Assembly: GCA_012295275.1 (NCBI GenBank)
Contig: CM022665.1
Span: 1 to 64,000, forward strand
Reading direction: 5' to 3'
Length of the DNA: 64,000 bases
From: Chrysomallon squamiferum
Lineage: Eukaryota; Animalia; Mollusca
Position 1 is the first letter of the stretch; each line of letters begins with the position of its first letter. The notes beneath the pieces are model-generated. The model ran no database searches, was not told where the DNA came from, and saw nothing but the letters and a program-made list of their open reading frames with translations. Positions 1 to 12,900 of the stretch are shown here, piece after piece. Made by a program: the position numbers and the translations under genes.

Positions 1-3000
1 TCGTTTTTTCAACATTTTCAAAGGTGCAGCACCTTTGGTAAATGTTGGAAACGTTTTGCCACCTCGCCCCGACGGCGCGCACGTTTTGCACGTCGAAATA
101 TTTTTCCCGACCAAACGGAACAGTGCCACACGGATTTTCAACTTTTGAAAATCGAATTTTTTCAAGTTTCGTTGAAAATGCTAGGGTACCTTTTTTCAAA
201 GTGCAATAACTTTTTCCGAGCACGTGGGAAAAATCGGGCGCACATACCAAAAGTGGGGCAAAGGGTTGCCCGACACGGGTCAAAAGTGCCGCACGCCCCC
301 CAAAGGGGGAACAACTCGTTTCCGACACGTGCACAAAAACGCACATGTTTTTTGAAAATTTGCTCGATTTTTTTCAAACGCATTTTCAAAGGTGCAGCAC
401 CTTTGGTAAATGTTGGAAACGTTTTTGCCACACTCGCCCCGACGGCGCGCACGTTTTGCACGTCGAAATATTTTTTTTCCGACCAAACGGAACAGTGCCA
501 CACGGATTTTCAACTTTTGAAAATCGAATTTTTTCAAGTTTCGTTGAAAATGCTAGGGGTACCTTTTCAAAGTGCAATAACTTTTTCCGAGCACGTGGGA
601 AAAATCGGGCGCATATAAAAAAAGTGGGGCAAAGGGTTGCCCGACACGGGTCAAAAGTGCCGCACGCCCCCCAAAGGGGAACAACTCGTTTCCGACACGT
701 GCACAAAAAAACGCACATGTTTTTGAAAATTTGCTCGATTTTTTTTTTTTTTCACGCATTTTCAAAGGTGCAGCACCTTTGGTAAATGTTGGAAACGTTT
801 TTTTGCCTCGCCCCCGACGGCGCGCGCGTTTTGCACGTCGAAATATTTTTCCCGACCAAACGGAACAGTGCCACACGGATTTTCAACTTTTGAAAATCGA
901 AATTTTTCAAGTTTCGTTGAAAATGCTAGGGGTACCTTTTTCAAAGTGCAATAACTTTTTCCGAGCACGTGGGAAAAATCGGGCGCACATACCAAAAAAG
1001 TGGGGCAAAGGGTGCCCGACACGGGTCAAAGTGCCGCCGCCCCCCAAGGGGAACAACTCGTTTCCGACACGTGCACAAAAAACGCACATGTTTTTTTTTT
1101 TTGAAAATTTGCTCGATTTTTTTTCAACGCATTTTCAAAGGTGCAGCACCTTTGGTAAATGTTGGAAACGTTTGGAAACGTTTTTCCCCTCCCCCGACGG
1201 CGCGCGTTTTTGCGTTTTGCGTCGAAATATTTTTTTCCGACCAAACGGAACAGTGCCACACGGATTTTCAACTTTTGAAAATCGAATTTTTTCAAGTTTC
1301 GTTGAAAATGCTAGGGGTACCTTTTCAAAAGTGCAATAACTTTTCCGAGCACGTGGGAAAAATCGGGCGCACATACCAAAAAAGTGGGGCAAAGGGTTGC
1401 CCACACGGGTCAAAGTGCCGCACGCCCCACCAAAGGGGAACAACTCGTTTCCGACACGTGCACAAAAAACGCACATGTTTTTGAAAATTTGCTCGATTTT
1501 TTTTCAAACGCATTTTCAAAGGTGCAGCACCTTTGGTAAAATGTTGGAAACGTTTTTTTTTCTCGCCCCGACGGCGCGCGCGTTTTTTTTTTTGCGTCGA
1601 AATATTTTTTTTTTTTTCGGAACAGTGCCACCACGGATTTTCAACTTTTGAAAATCGAAATTTTTCAAGTTTCGTTGAAAATGCTAGGGGTACCTTTTTC
1701 AAAGTGCAATAACTTTTTCCGAGCACGTGGGAAAAATCGGGCGCACATACCCAAAAAAAAAAAACAAGGGGTTGCCCGACACGGGTCAAAAAGTGCCGCA
1801 CGCCCCCACCCCAAACAACTCGTTTCCGACACGTGCACAAAAAACGCACATGTTTTTGAAAATTTGCTCGATTTTTTTTCAAACGCATTTTCAAAAGGTG
1901 CAGCACCTTTGGTAAAAATGTGGAAACGTTTTTTTACCTCGCCCCGACGGCGCGCACGTTTTTTTGCACGTCGAAATATTTTTCCCGACCAAACGGAACA
2001 GTGCCACACGGATTTTCAACTTTTGAAAATCGAATTTTTTCAAGTTTCGTTGAAAATGCTAGGGGTACCTTTTTCAAAGTGCAATAACTTTTCCGAGCAC
2101 GTGGGAAAAATCGGGCGCACATACCAAAAAAAAAAAGGGTTGCCCGACACGGGTCAAAAAGTGCCGCACGCCCACCAAAGGGAACAACTCGTTTCCGACA
2201 CGTGCACAAAAAAAAACAATGTTTTTGAAAAATTTTTTCGATTTTTTTTTTTTTTTTTTTTTTCAAAGGTTTTTTGGTAAAAAATGTTGGAAACGTTTTT
2301 TGCCACCTTTTTGCGCCCCCGACGGCGCGCGCGTTTTGCACGTCGAAAAATTTTTTTTTTCGACCAAACGGAACAGTTTTCAACCACACGGATTTTCAAC
2401 TTTTGAAAATCGAAATTTTTCAAGTTTCGTTGAAAATGCTAGGGGTACCTTTTTTTCAAGTGCAATAACTTTTCGAGCACGTGGGAAAAATCGGGCGCAC
2501 ATAAAAAAGTGGGGCAAAGGGTTGCCCGACACGGGTCAAAAGTGCCGCACGCCCCGCTCATGCGAACTCGTTTCCGACACGTGCACAAAAAACGCACATG
2601 TTTTTGAAAATTTGCTCGATTTTTTTTCAAACGTTTCATTTTTGGTTTGTTTTTTCGCTCGCCACCGCGCAAACGGTTTTGGAAAACGTTTTTTTTTTTT
2701 TCACCCGACGAAAATCACAAATTTTTCGTTTTGCTTTTTTTCAAAGTTTTAACGTTTTTTTCGAAAACGGAACACATTTTCCGACACGGAAAAGGCACGT
2801 TTTCAAAAAGTTCACGTTTTTTTTCCCGACCAATCAACAATTTTCAAATTTTTTTTTCAGATTTTTTTTTTTCGTTGAAAAAATGCTTTTTTTTCAAAGT
2901 GCAATAACTTTTTCCGAGCACGTGGGAAAAATCGGGCGCACATTTGGTAAATGGGGCAAAAAGGGTTGCCCAACGGGTCAAAAAAACGCAAAAAACGCGC

Positions 3001-6000
3001 CCCCAAAACCAAACGGAACAACTCGTTTCCGACACGTGCACAAAAACGCACATGTTTTTTTTTTTTTGAAATTTTTTTTTTCAAACGCATTTTTTTTTCA
3101 AGTGCAGCACCTTTGGTAAAAAATGTTGGAAACGTTTTTTGGGCACTTGCCCGACGACGGCGCGCAAAGTTTTTTTTCGCGTCGAAATCGTTTCCCGACC
3201 AAACGGAACAAAAAACACACGGATTTTTTCAAAATTTTTTCGATTTTTCAAACGAAATTTTTCAAAGTTTTTTGTAAAATGTTGGAAAAATTTTTTTTTC
3301 AAAACGTGCGCGCTTTTTTCGAACGTGTCGAAAAATTTTTTTCCGACCAAACGGAAAAAAAAAAAAATTTTCAAAAAAAAATCGGAAAAAAAATTCGTTG
3401 AAAATGCTAAAAATTTTTTTTCAAAAATGCAATAACTTTTTTCGAGGTCGTTCAAAAATGCTCGTTTTTTCAAAAAAATCGCCCCAAAAAAAAGGGGCAA
3501 CAACTCGTTTCCGACACGTGCACAAAAAACGCACAAAAACGCACATGTTTTTTTTTTTGCTCGATTTTTTTTTTTCACGCATTTTCAAAGGTGCAGCACC
3601 TTTGGTAAATGTTGGAAACGTTTTTTGCCACACTCGCCCGACGACGCGCGCGTTTTGCACGTCGAAATATTTTTTTTCGACCAAACGGAACAGTGCCACA
3701 CGGATTTTCAACTTTTTTCAAAAATCGAATTTTTTTTTTCAAAATTCGTTGAAAATGCTAAGGGGTTTCCTTTTTCAAGTGCAATAACTTTTTTTTTTTT
3801 TTCGTGGGAAAAATCGGGCGCAAATACCCAAAAAAAAAAAAAATCGGGCGCACATAAAAAGTGGACACACGGTCAAAAAAGTGCCGCACGCCCCCCAAAG
3901 GGGAACAACTCGTTTCCGACACGTGCACAAAAAACGCATGTTTTTGAAAATTTGCTCGATTTTTTTTTTTCAAACGCATTTTCAAAAAGTGCAGCACCTT
4001 TGGTAAATGTTGGAAACGTTTTTGCCACACTCGCCCCGACGGCGCGCACGTTTTGCACACGTCGAAATATTTTTCCCGACCAAACGGAACAGTGCCACAC
4101 GGATTTTCAACTTTTGAAAATCGAATTTTTTCAAGTTTCGTTGAAAATGCTAGGGGTTTTTTTTTTTTCAAGTGCAATAACTTTTTCCGAGCACGTGGGA
4201 AAAATCGGGCGCACATACCAAAAAAAAAAGTGGGGGGTTGCCCGACACGGGTCAAAAGTGCCGCACGCCCCACCCAAGGGGAACAACTCGTTTCCGACAC
4301 GTGCACAAAAAACGCATGTTTTTTGAAAATTTGCTCGATTTTTTTTCAAACGCATTTTCAAAAGGTGCAGCACCTTTGGTAAATGTTGGAAACGTTTTTT
4401 TTTTCGCCCGACGGCGCGCACGTTTTGCAAAAATATTTTTTTGACCAAACGGAAAATTTTCGGATTTTCAACGTTGAAAACGTTTTTTTTTTGAAAACTT
4501 TTTTTTTTTTTTTTCCCGGAACAAACAAACCACAAAAATGCAATTTTTTTTCAAACTTTTTCGTTTTTTTTCGTTCGTTGAAAAATGCTAGGGTACCTTT
4601 TCAAAGTGCAATAACTTTTCCGAGCAAAAAAATCGGGCGCATTTTTCCGGTCAAAAGTGCCGCAAAAAAAACAACTCGTTTCCGACACGTGCAAAAACGC
4701 ACAAATTTTTTTTGAAAATTTCGATTTTTTTTTCAACGCATTTTCAAAGGTGCAGCACCTTTGGTAAATGTTGGAAACGTTTTTTTGCCACGCCCCGACG
4801 GCGCGCACGTTTTGCACACGTCGAAATATTTTTTTTCCAAACGGAACAGTGCCACACGGATTTTCAACTTTTGAAAATCGAAATTTTTCAAGTTTCGTTG
4901 AAAATGCTAAAAAAACCTTTTCAAAGTGCAATAACTTTTTTCCGAGCACGTGGGAAAAATCGGGCGCACAAACCCAAAAAAAGGGCAAAGGGTTGCCCGA
5001 CACGGGTCAAAAAATGCCGCACGCCCACCCAAGGGAACAACTCGTTTCCGACACGTGCACAAAAACGCACATGTTTTTTTTTGAAAATTTTTTCGATTTT
5101 TTTTTTTTTTTTTTTCAAAAAGGTGCAGCACCTTTGGTAAATGTTGGAAACGTTTTTGCCACCTCGCCCCGACGGCGCGCGCACGTTTTTTCGTCGTCGA
5201 AATATTTTTTTTCGACCAAACGGAACAGTGCCACACGGATTTTCAACTTTTGAAAATCAGAAATTTTCAAAAATTTCGTTTTTTTTGCAATAACTTTTTC
5301 CGAGCACGGGGAAAAATCGGGCGCAATACCTTTTCCGAGCACGCACGTGGGAAAAATCGGGCGCACATACCAAAAGTGGGGCAAAGGTTGCCCGACACGG
5401 GTCAAAAGTGCCGCCGCCCCACCCAAAAGGAACAACTCGTTTCCGACACGTGCACAAAAACGCACATGTTTTTTTTTTTGCTCGATTTTTTTTTTTTTTT
5501 TTTCAAAGGTGCAGCACCTTTGGTAAATGTTGGAAACGTTTTTGCCACACTCGCCCCGACGGCGCGCACGTTTTGCACGTCGAAATATTTTTCCCGACCA
5601 AACGGAACAGTGCCACACGGATTTTCAACTTTTTTGAAATCGAATTTTTCAAGTTTCGTTGAAAATGCTAGGGGTACCTTTTTTTCAGTGCAATAACTTT
5701 TTTTTTTCACGTGGGAAAAATCGGGCGCATACCCAAAAAAGTGGGGCAAAGGGTTGCCCGACACGGGTCAAAAGTGCCGCCGCGCCCCCAAAGGGGACAA
5801 CTCGTTTCCGACACGTGCACAAAAACGCACATGTTTTTTTGAATTTTGAAAATTTTTTTTTTTTTTTCATTTTCAAAGGTTTCAAAGCACCTTTGGTTTG
5901 GTAAATGTTGGAAACGTTTTTTGCCACCTCGCCCCGACGGCGCGCACGTTTTGCACACGTCGAAATATTTTTCCCGACCAAACGGAACAGTGCCACACGG

Positions 6001-9000
6001 ATTTTCAACTTTTGAAAATCGAATTTTTTCAAGTTTCGTTGAAAATGCTAGGGGTACCTTTTTCAAAGTGCAATAACTTTTTCCGAGCACGTGGGAAAAA
6101 TCGGGCGCACATAAAAAAAAGGGCAAAGGGTTGCCGACACGGGTCAAAAAGTGCCGCACGCCCCCCCAAGGGGACAACAACTCGTTTCCGACACGTGCAC
6201 AAAAAAAGCACATGTTTTTGAAAATTTGCTCGATTTTTTTTCCGAATTTTCAAAAGGTGCAGCACCTTTGGTAAATGTTGGAAACGTTTTTGCCACACTC
6301 GCCCCGACGGCGCGCACGTTTTGCACACGTCGAAATATTTTTCCCGACCAAACGGAACAGTGCCACACGGATTTTCAACTTTTGTCGAAATTTTTTTTTC
6401 AAGTTTCGTTGAAAATTTTCAAGTTTCGTTGAAAATGCTAGGGTACCTTTTTCAAAGTGCAATAACTTTTTCCGAGCGTGGGGAAAAATCGGGCGCACAT
6501 ACCAAAAAGTGGGGCAAAAAGTTGCCCGACACGGGTCAAAAAAGTGCCGCCCCCCCCAAGGGGACAACTCGTTTCGACACGTGCACAAAAACGCACATGT
6601 TTTTTTGAATTTTGCTCGATTTTTTTTTTTTTTTTTTCAAAAGGTTTTCAAAAAAAAAAAAAATGTGGAAAATTTTTTTTTGTTTTTTTTTTTTTTTTGC
6701 GCACGCGCACGTCGAAATTTTTTTTTTTTTTTTTTTAGTGCCACACGGATTTTCAACTTTTTTTTTTTCGAAAAATTTTTCAATTTCGTTGAAAATGCTA
6801 GGGGTTTTTTTTTTTCAAAAATGCAATAACTTTTTTTCGAGCACGTTTCTTTCGAAAAATCGGGCGCACACCATCAAAAAAAAAGGCAAAAAAGTTTCCC
6901 CACGGGTCAAAAAGTGCCGCACGCCCCCCAAAAGGGAACAAACAACGTTTTCCGACACGTGCACAAAAAAACAAATTTTTTTGAAAATTTGCTCGATTTT
7001 TTTTTCAAAATTTTCGCGATTTTTTTCAAACGCATTTTCAAAGCACCTTTGGTTGGTAAAAATGTTGGTTTTTTTTTGAACTCGCCCCGACGGCGCGCGC
7101 GTTTTGCACGTCGAAATATTTTTTTTTTTTTTTTTCCAGTGCCACACGATTTTCAACTTTTTTTGAATCAGATTTTTTTTTCAAGTTTCGTTGAAAATGC
7201 TAGGGGTTTCCTTTTTCAAAAAATGCAATAACTTTTCCGCAGTGGGAAAAATCGGGCGCACAAATCAAAAAAAAATGGGGCAAAGGCCCGACCGACACAC
7301 AAAAAAGTGCCGCCGCCCCACCCCCAGGGGAACAACTCGTTTCCGACACGTGCACAAAAAACGCACATTTTTGAAAAAAAACGATTTTTTTTTTTTCGCA
7401 TTTTTTTTTCGCATTTTCACCTTTTTTTAAAAATGTTGGAAACGTTTTTGCCACCTCGTTTTTCGCCCCGCGCGCACGTTTTGCACACGTCGAAATATTT
7501 TTTTTTCCCAAACGGAACAAAAAACACCAAATTTTCAACTTTTCAACTTTTCGAAATTTTTTTTTTTCAAGTTTCGTTGAAAATGCTAATGCTATACCTT
7601 TTTCAAAAAGTGCAATAACTTTTTCGAGCACGTGGGAAAAATCGGGCGCACATAAAAAAAAAAAACAAAGGTTGCCCGACACGGGTCAAAAAGTGCCGCA
7701 CGCCCCAAAGGGGGGGAACTCGTTTCCGACACGTGCACAAAAACGCACATGTTTTTTTTGTTGCTCGATTTTTTTTTTCGCATTTTTTTCATGCAGCACC
7801 TTTGGTAAATGTTGGAAACGTTTTTGCCACACTCGCCCCGACGGCGCGCACGTTTTTTTTTGCGTCGAAATATTTTTTCCCGACCAAACGGAACAGTTTT
7901 TTTCACGGATTTTCAACTTTTGAAAATCGAATTTTTTTTTTCAAATTTCGTTGAAAATGCTAGGGGTAAATTTTCAAAATTTTTCAAAATAACTTTTTTC
8001 GAGCACGTGGGAAAAAATCGGGCGCAAATCGGGCAAAAAAGCACAAAAAATCGGGTTGCCCGACACAAAGTGGGGGGTTGCCCGAAAGGGTCCGCAGTGC
8101 CCCCAAAGGCAGGGACAACTCGTTTCCGACACGTGCACAAAAAAAAAACACATGTTTTTTGAAAATTTGCTCGATTTTTTTTCAAACGCATTTTCAAAGG
8201 TGCAGCACCTTTGGTAAATGTTGGAAACGTTTTTGCCACCTCGCCCCGACGGCGCGCACGTTTTGCGTCGAAATATTTTTTTTTCCCGACCAAACGGAAC
8301 AGTGCCACACGGATTTTCAACTTTTTTCAAATCAGAAATTTTTCAAGTTTCGTTGAAAATGCTAAGGGGTTTTTTTTTTTTCAAAGTGCAATAACTTTTT
8401 TTTCGAGCACGTGGGAAAAATCGGGCGCACATACCTTTCAAAAAGTGGGGCAAAAAAATTGACACGGGTCAAAAGGGCCGCACGTGCCACCCCAAAGGGG
8501 GGGGGGTTTCCGACACGTGCACAAAAACGCACATGTTTTTTTTTTGATTTGCTCGATTTTTTTTTTCAAACGCATTTTTTTCAAAAAAAACACCTTTGGT
8601 AAAATGTTGGAAACGTTTTTGCCACACTCGCCCCGACGGCGCGCGCGTTTTGCGCACACGTTTTGCCACTCGCCCGACGGCGCGCACGTTTTGCGAAATA
8701 TTTTTCCCCGACCAAACGGAACAGTGCCACACGGATTTTCAACTTTTGAAAATCGAATTTTTCAAGTTTCGTTGAAAATGCTAGGGGTACCTTTTCAAAG
8801 TGCAATAACTTTTTCCGAGCACGTGGGAAAAATCGGGCGCACATACCAAAAAAAAAAAGGGTTTGCCGACACGGGTCAAAAAAAAAAACACCCCCCAAAA
8901 AGGGGAACAACTCGTTTCCGACACGTGCAAAAAAAAAAAACATGTTTTTGAAAAAAAACGATTTTTTTTTTTTTTTTTTTCATTTTCAAAGGTTTTTTTT

Positions 9001-9905
9001 TTTTTTAAATGTTGGAAACGTTTTTTTTTTTTTTTTCGACGGCGCGCGCCCGTTTTTTTTGTTTTATTTTTTTTCGACCAAACGGAACAGTTTTTTTCGA
9101 ATTTTCAACTTTTGAAAATCGAAACACACAAAAATTTTTTTTTGAAAATTTTTTTTTTCCTTTTTTTTTCAAAAATTTTTAAAAATTTTTCAAACGTGGG
9201 AAAAAATGGGCAAAACCAAAAAAAAATAACTGGTTTTCCCACAAAAAAGGGGCCAAGGTTGCCGGGGTCAAAAAACCGAACCCCACCAAAGAAACAACTC
9301 GTTTCCGACACGTGCAAAAAAAATTTGCTCGATTTTTTTTTTCACACAAAGGTCAAAACCTTTTTTGGTTAAATGTTTGGAAACGTTTTTTCCGCACGCC
9401 CCGAAACAACAACTCGTTTCCGACCAAACGGAACAAACAAAAAAAAATCATTTTTTTTTTCGAAAATTTTTTTTTTTCGAACACGCATTTTCAAAAAAAA
9501 ATTTTTTTTTGGTTTGTTGGAAACGTTTTTTTTGCCCCCGCCGTTTCCGACGTTTTTTGCAAAAAAAAAACGATTTTTTTTTTTTTTTCAAACGCAAAAT
9601 TTTTTTCGGCGCGCGCGTTTTTGCACGTCGAAATTTTTTTTTTTTGACGGAACAGTGCCACACGGATTTTCAACTTTTTACAATCGAATTTTTTCAAGTT
9701 TCGTTGAAAATGCTAGGGTTTTTTTTTTTCAGTGCAATAACTTTTTTTCGAGCACGTGGGAAAAATCGGGCGCAAAACCAAAAAAATGGGGCAAAAAAAT
9801 GCCCGACACGGGTCCCGACACGGGTCAAAAGTGCCGCACGCCCCCCAAAGGGGAACGTTTCCGACACGTGCACAAAAAACGCACATGTTTTTTTGAAAAA
9901 CGCTC

Positions 9906-9944
<39 letters not shown>

Positions 9945-12900
9945 TGGAAACGTTTTTTTTTTTTTGACGGCGCGCGTTTTTTTTTTTTCCGAAATATTTT
10001 TTTTTTTTTTCCCGCGGAACAATTTTTTTTCCGGATTTTCAACTTTTTGAAAATCGAAACAAGTTTTCGTTGAAAATGCTTTTCAAAATTTTTTTTTTTT
10101 TTTCAAAATAACTTTTTTTTTTGGCAAAAAAAAAAAAAATCGGGCGCAAAAAAAATTTGGGGCAAACTTTTTTCGGCAAAAGGAAAAATCGGGCCCCAAA
10201 AGTGGGGCAAAAAAGCCGACACGGGTCAAAGTGCCGCCGCCCCAGGGGAACAACTCGTTTCCGACACGTGCACAAAAAAAACATGTTTTTTTTTGAATTT
10301 TGCTCGATTTTTTTTTTTTCAACGCATTTTCAAAGGTGCAGCACCTTTGGTAAATGTTGGAAACGTTTTTTTTTTTTTCGCCCCGACGGCGCGCACGTTT
10401 TGCACGTCGAAATATTTTTTTTTCCGACCAAACGGAACAGTGCCACACGGATTTTCAACTTTTGAAAATCGAATTTTTTCAAGTTTCGTTGAAAATGCTA
10501 GGGGTTCCTTTTTCAAAGTGCAATAACTTTTTTTGCACGTGGGAAAAATCGGGCGCACATACCCAAAAGTGGGGCAAGGGTTGCCCGACACGGGTCAAAA
10601 AAAGCCGCACGCCCCAAAGGGGGAACAACAACCGACACGTGCACAAAAAAAACGCACATGTTTTTGAAAATTTGCTCGATTTTTTTTTCGAAAACATTTT
10701 TTTTGGTTTTCAAAAAGCACCTTTTTTCAATGTTTTTTTCAAAGTTTTTTTTGTTTTTTCGCCCCGTTTTTGCGCGCGCACGTTTTGCCCGCGTCGAAAT
10801 ATTTTTTTTTTTTCGGAACGGAACAACCAAACGGAACCGGAACAGTGCCACACGGATTTTCAACTTTTGAAAATCGAATTTTTTCAAGTTTCGTTGAAAA
10901 TGCTAGGGGTTCCTTTTTCAAAGTGCAATAACTTTTTCCGAGCACGTGGGAAAAATCGGGCGCACATACCAAAAAAGTGGGCAAAGGGTTGCCCGACACG
11001 GGTCAAAAAGTGCCGCACGCCCCACCAAAGGGGAACAACTCGTTTCCGACACGTGCACAAAAAAACACATGTTTTTTTTGAAAATTGCTCGATTTTTTTT
11101 TTTTTTTTTTTTTCAAAGGTGCAGCACCTTTGGTAAATGTTGGAAACGTTTTTGCCACCTCGCCCCGACGGCGCGCGCGCGTTTTGCACCGTCGAAATAT
11201 TTTTTTTCGACCAAACGGAAACGAACAGTGCCACACGGATTTTTTTTTTTTTCAATTTTTTCAAAAATTTCGTTGAAAATGCTAGGGTTTTCCTTTTTTT
11301 TTTTCAAGCAATAACTTTTTTTTCCGAGCACGTGGGAAAATCGGCGCACATACCAAAAAAGTGGGGCAAAGGGTTGCCCGACACGGGTCAAAAGTGCCGC
11401 ACGCCCCACCCAAAGGGAACAACTCGTTTCCGACACGTGCACAAAAAAAACGCACATGTTTTTTTTGATTTGCTCGATTTTTTTTTTTTTTTTTTTTTTT
11501 TCAGGTGCAGCACCTTTGGTAAATGTTGGAAACGTTTTTTTTCGCCCCGACGGCGCGCGTTTTTTTTTTGCGTCGAAAATTTTTCCCGACCAAACGGAAC
11601 AGTGCCACACGGATTTTCAACTTTTGAAAATCGAATTTTTTTTTTTTCAGTTTTTTCAAGTTGAAAATGCTAGGGGTTTTCCTTTTTTTGCAATAACTTT
11701 TTTTCCACGTGGGGGAAAATCGGGCGCACATTTTTTTCGGGGCAAAAATTTGCCCGAAACGGGTCAAAAAAAAAAAAAAGCCCACCCCCAAAGGGGGAAA
11801 ACTCGTTTCCGACACGTGCACAAAAAAACCCACCAAAAACTCGTTTCCGACACGTTTTGAAACGCACATGTTTTGAAAATTTGCTCGATTTTTTTTTCAA
11901 ACGCATTTTCAAAGGTGCAGCACCTTTGGTAAATGTTGGAAACGTTTTGCCACCACCACGTTTTGACGGCGCGCGCGCCTTTTTTTTTCGTCGAAATATT
12001 TTTTTTTCCCAAACGGAACAGTGCCACACGGATTTTCAACTTTTGAAAATCGAATTTTTTTTTTTTTCGTTGAAAATGCTAGGGGTTTTTTTTTCAAAGT
12101 GCAATAACTTTTCCGAGCACGTGGGAAAAAAAAAGCAAATATACCAAAAAATGGGGCAAAAGTTGCCCGACACGGGTCAAAAAAATGCCGCACGCCCCAC
12201 CCCCCAACAACTCGTTTCCGACACGTGCACAAAAAAAAAACATTTTTTTGAAAAAAAAACGCGATTTTTTTTTTTCAACGCATTTTCAAAGGTTTTGCAG
12301 CACCTTTTTTAAAATGTTGGAAACGTTTTTGTTGGTAAATGTTGGAAACGTTTTGCCACGCCCCGACGACGCGCGTTTTTTTTTTTTTTTTCGAAATATT
12401 TTTTTTTTTCAAACGGAACGGAAACAGTGCCACACGGATTTTCAACTTTTGAAAATCGAATTTTTCAAGTTTCGTTGAAAATGCTAGGGGTACCTTTTTT
12501 TCAAGTGCAATAACTTTTCCGAGCACGTGGGAAAAATCGGGCGCACATAAAAAAAAGTGGGGCAAAGGGTTGCCCGACACGGGTCAAAAGTGCCGCACGC
12601 CCACCCAAGGGGGGACTCGTTTCCGACACGTGCACAAAAACGCACATGTTTTTTGAAAATTTTTCGATTTTTTTTTTGACGCATTTTTTTCAAAATTTTT
12701 TTTTTTTTTTTCAAAGTTGGAAACGTTTTTTTTTTTGCTCGCCCCGACGGCGCGCACCGCACCACGTCGAAATATTTTTCCCGACCAAACGGAACAGTGC
12801 CACACGGATTTTCAACTTTTGAAAATCAAATTTTTTTTCAAGTTTCGTTTTTGAATGCTTTCGGTTTTCAACTTTTTTTCAAGTTTTCAATTTCTTTTTT

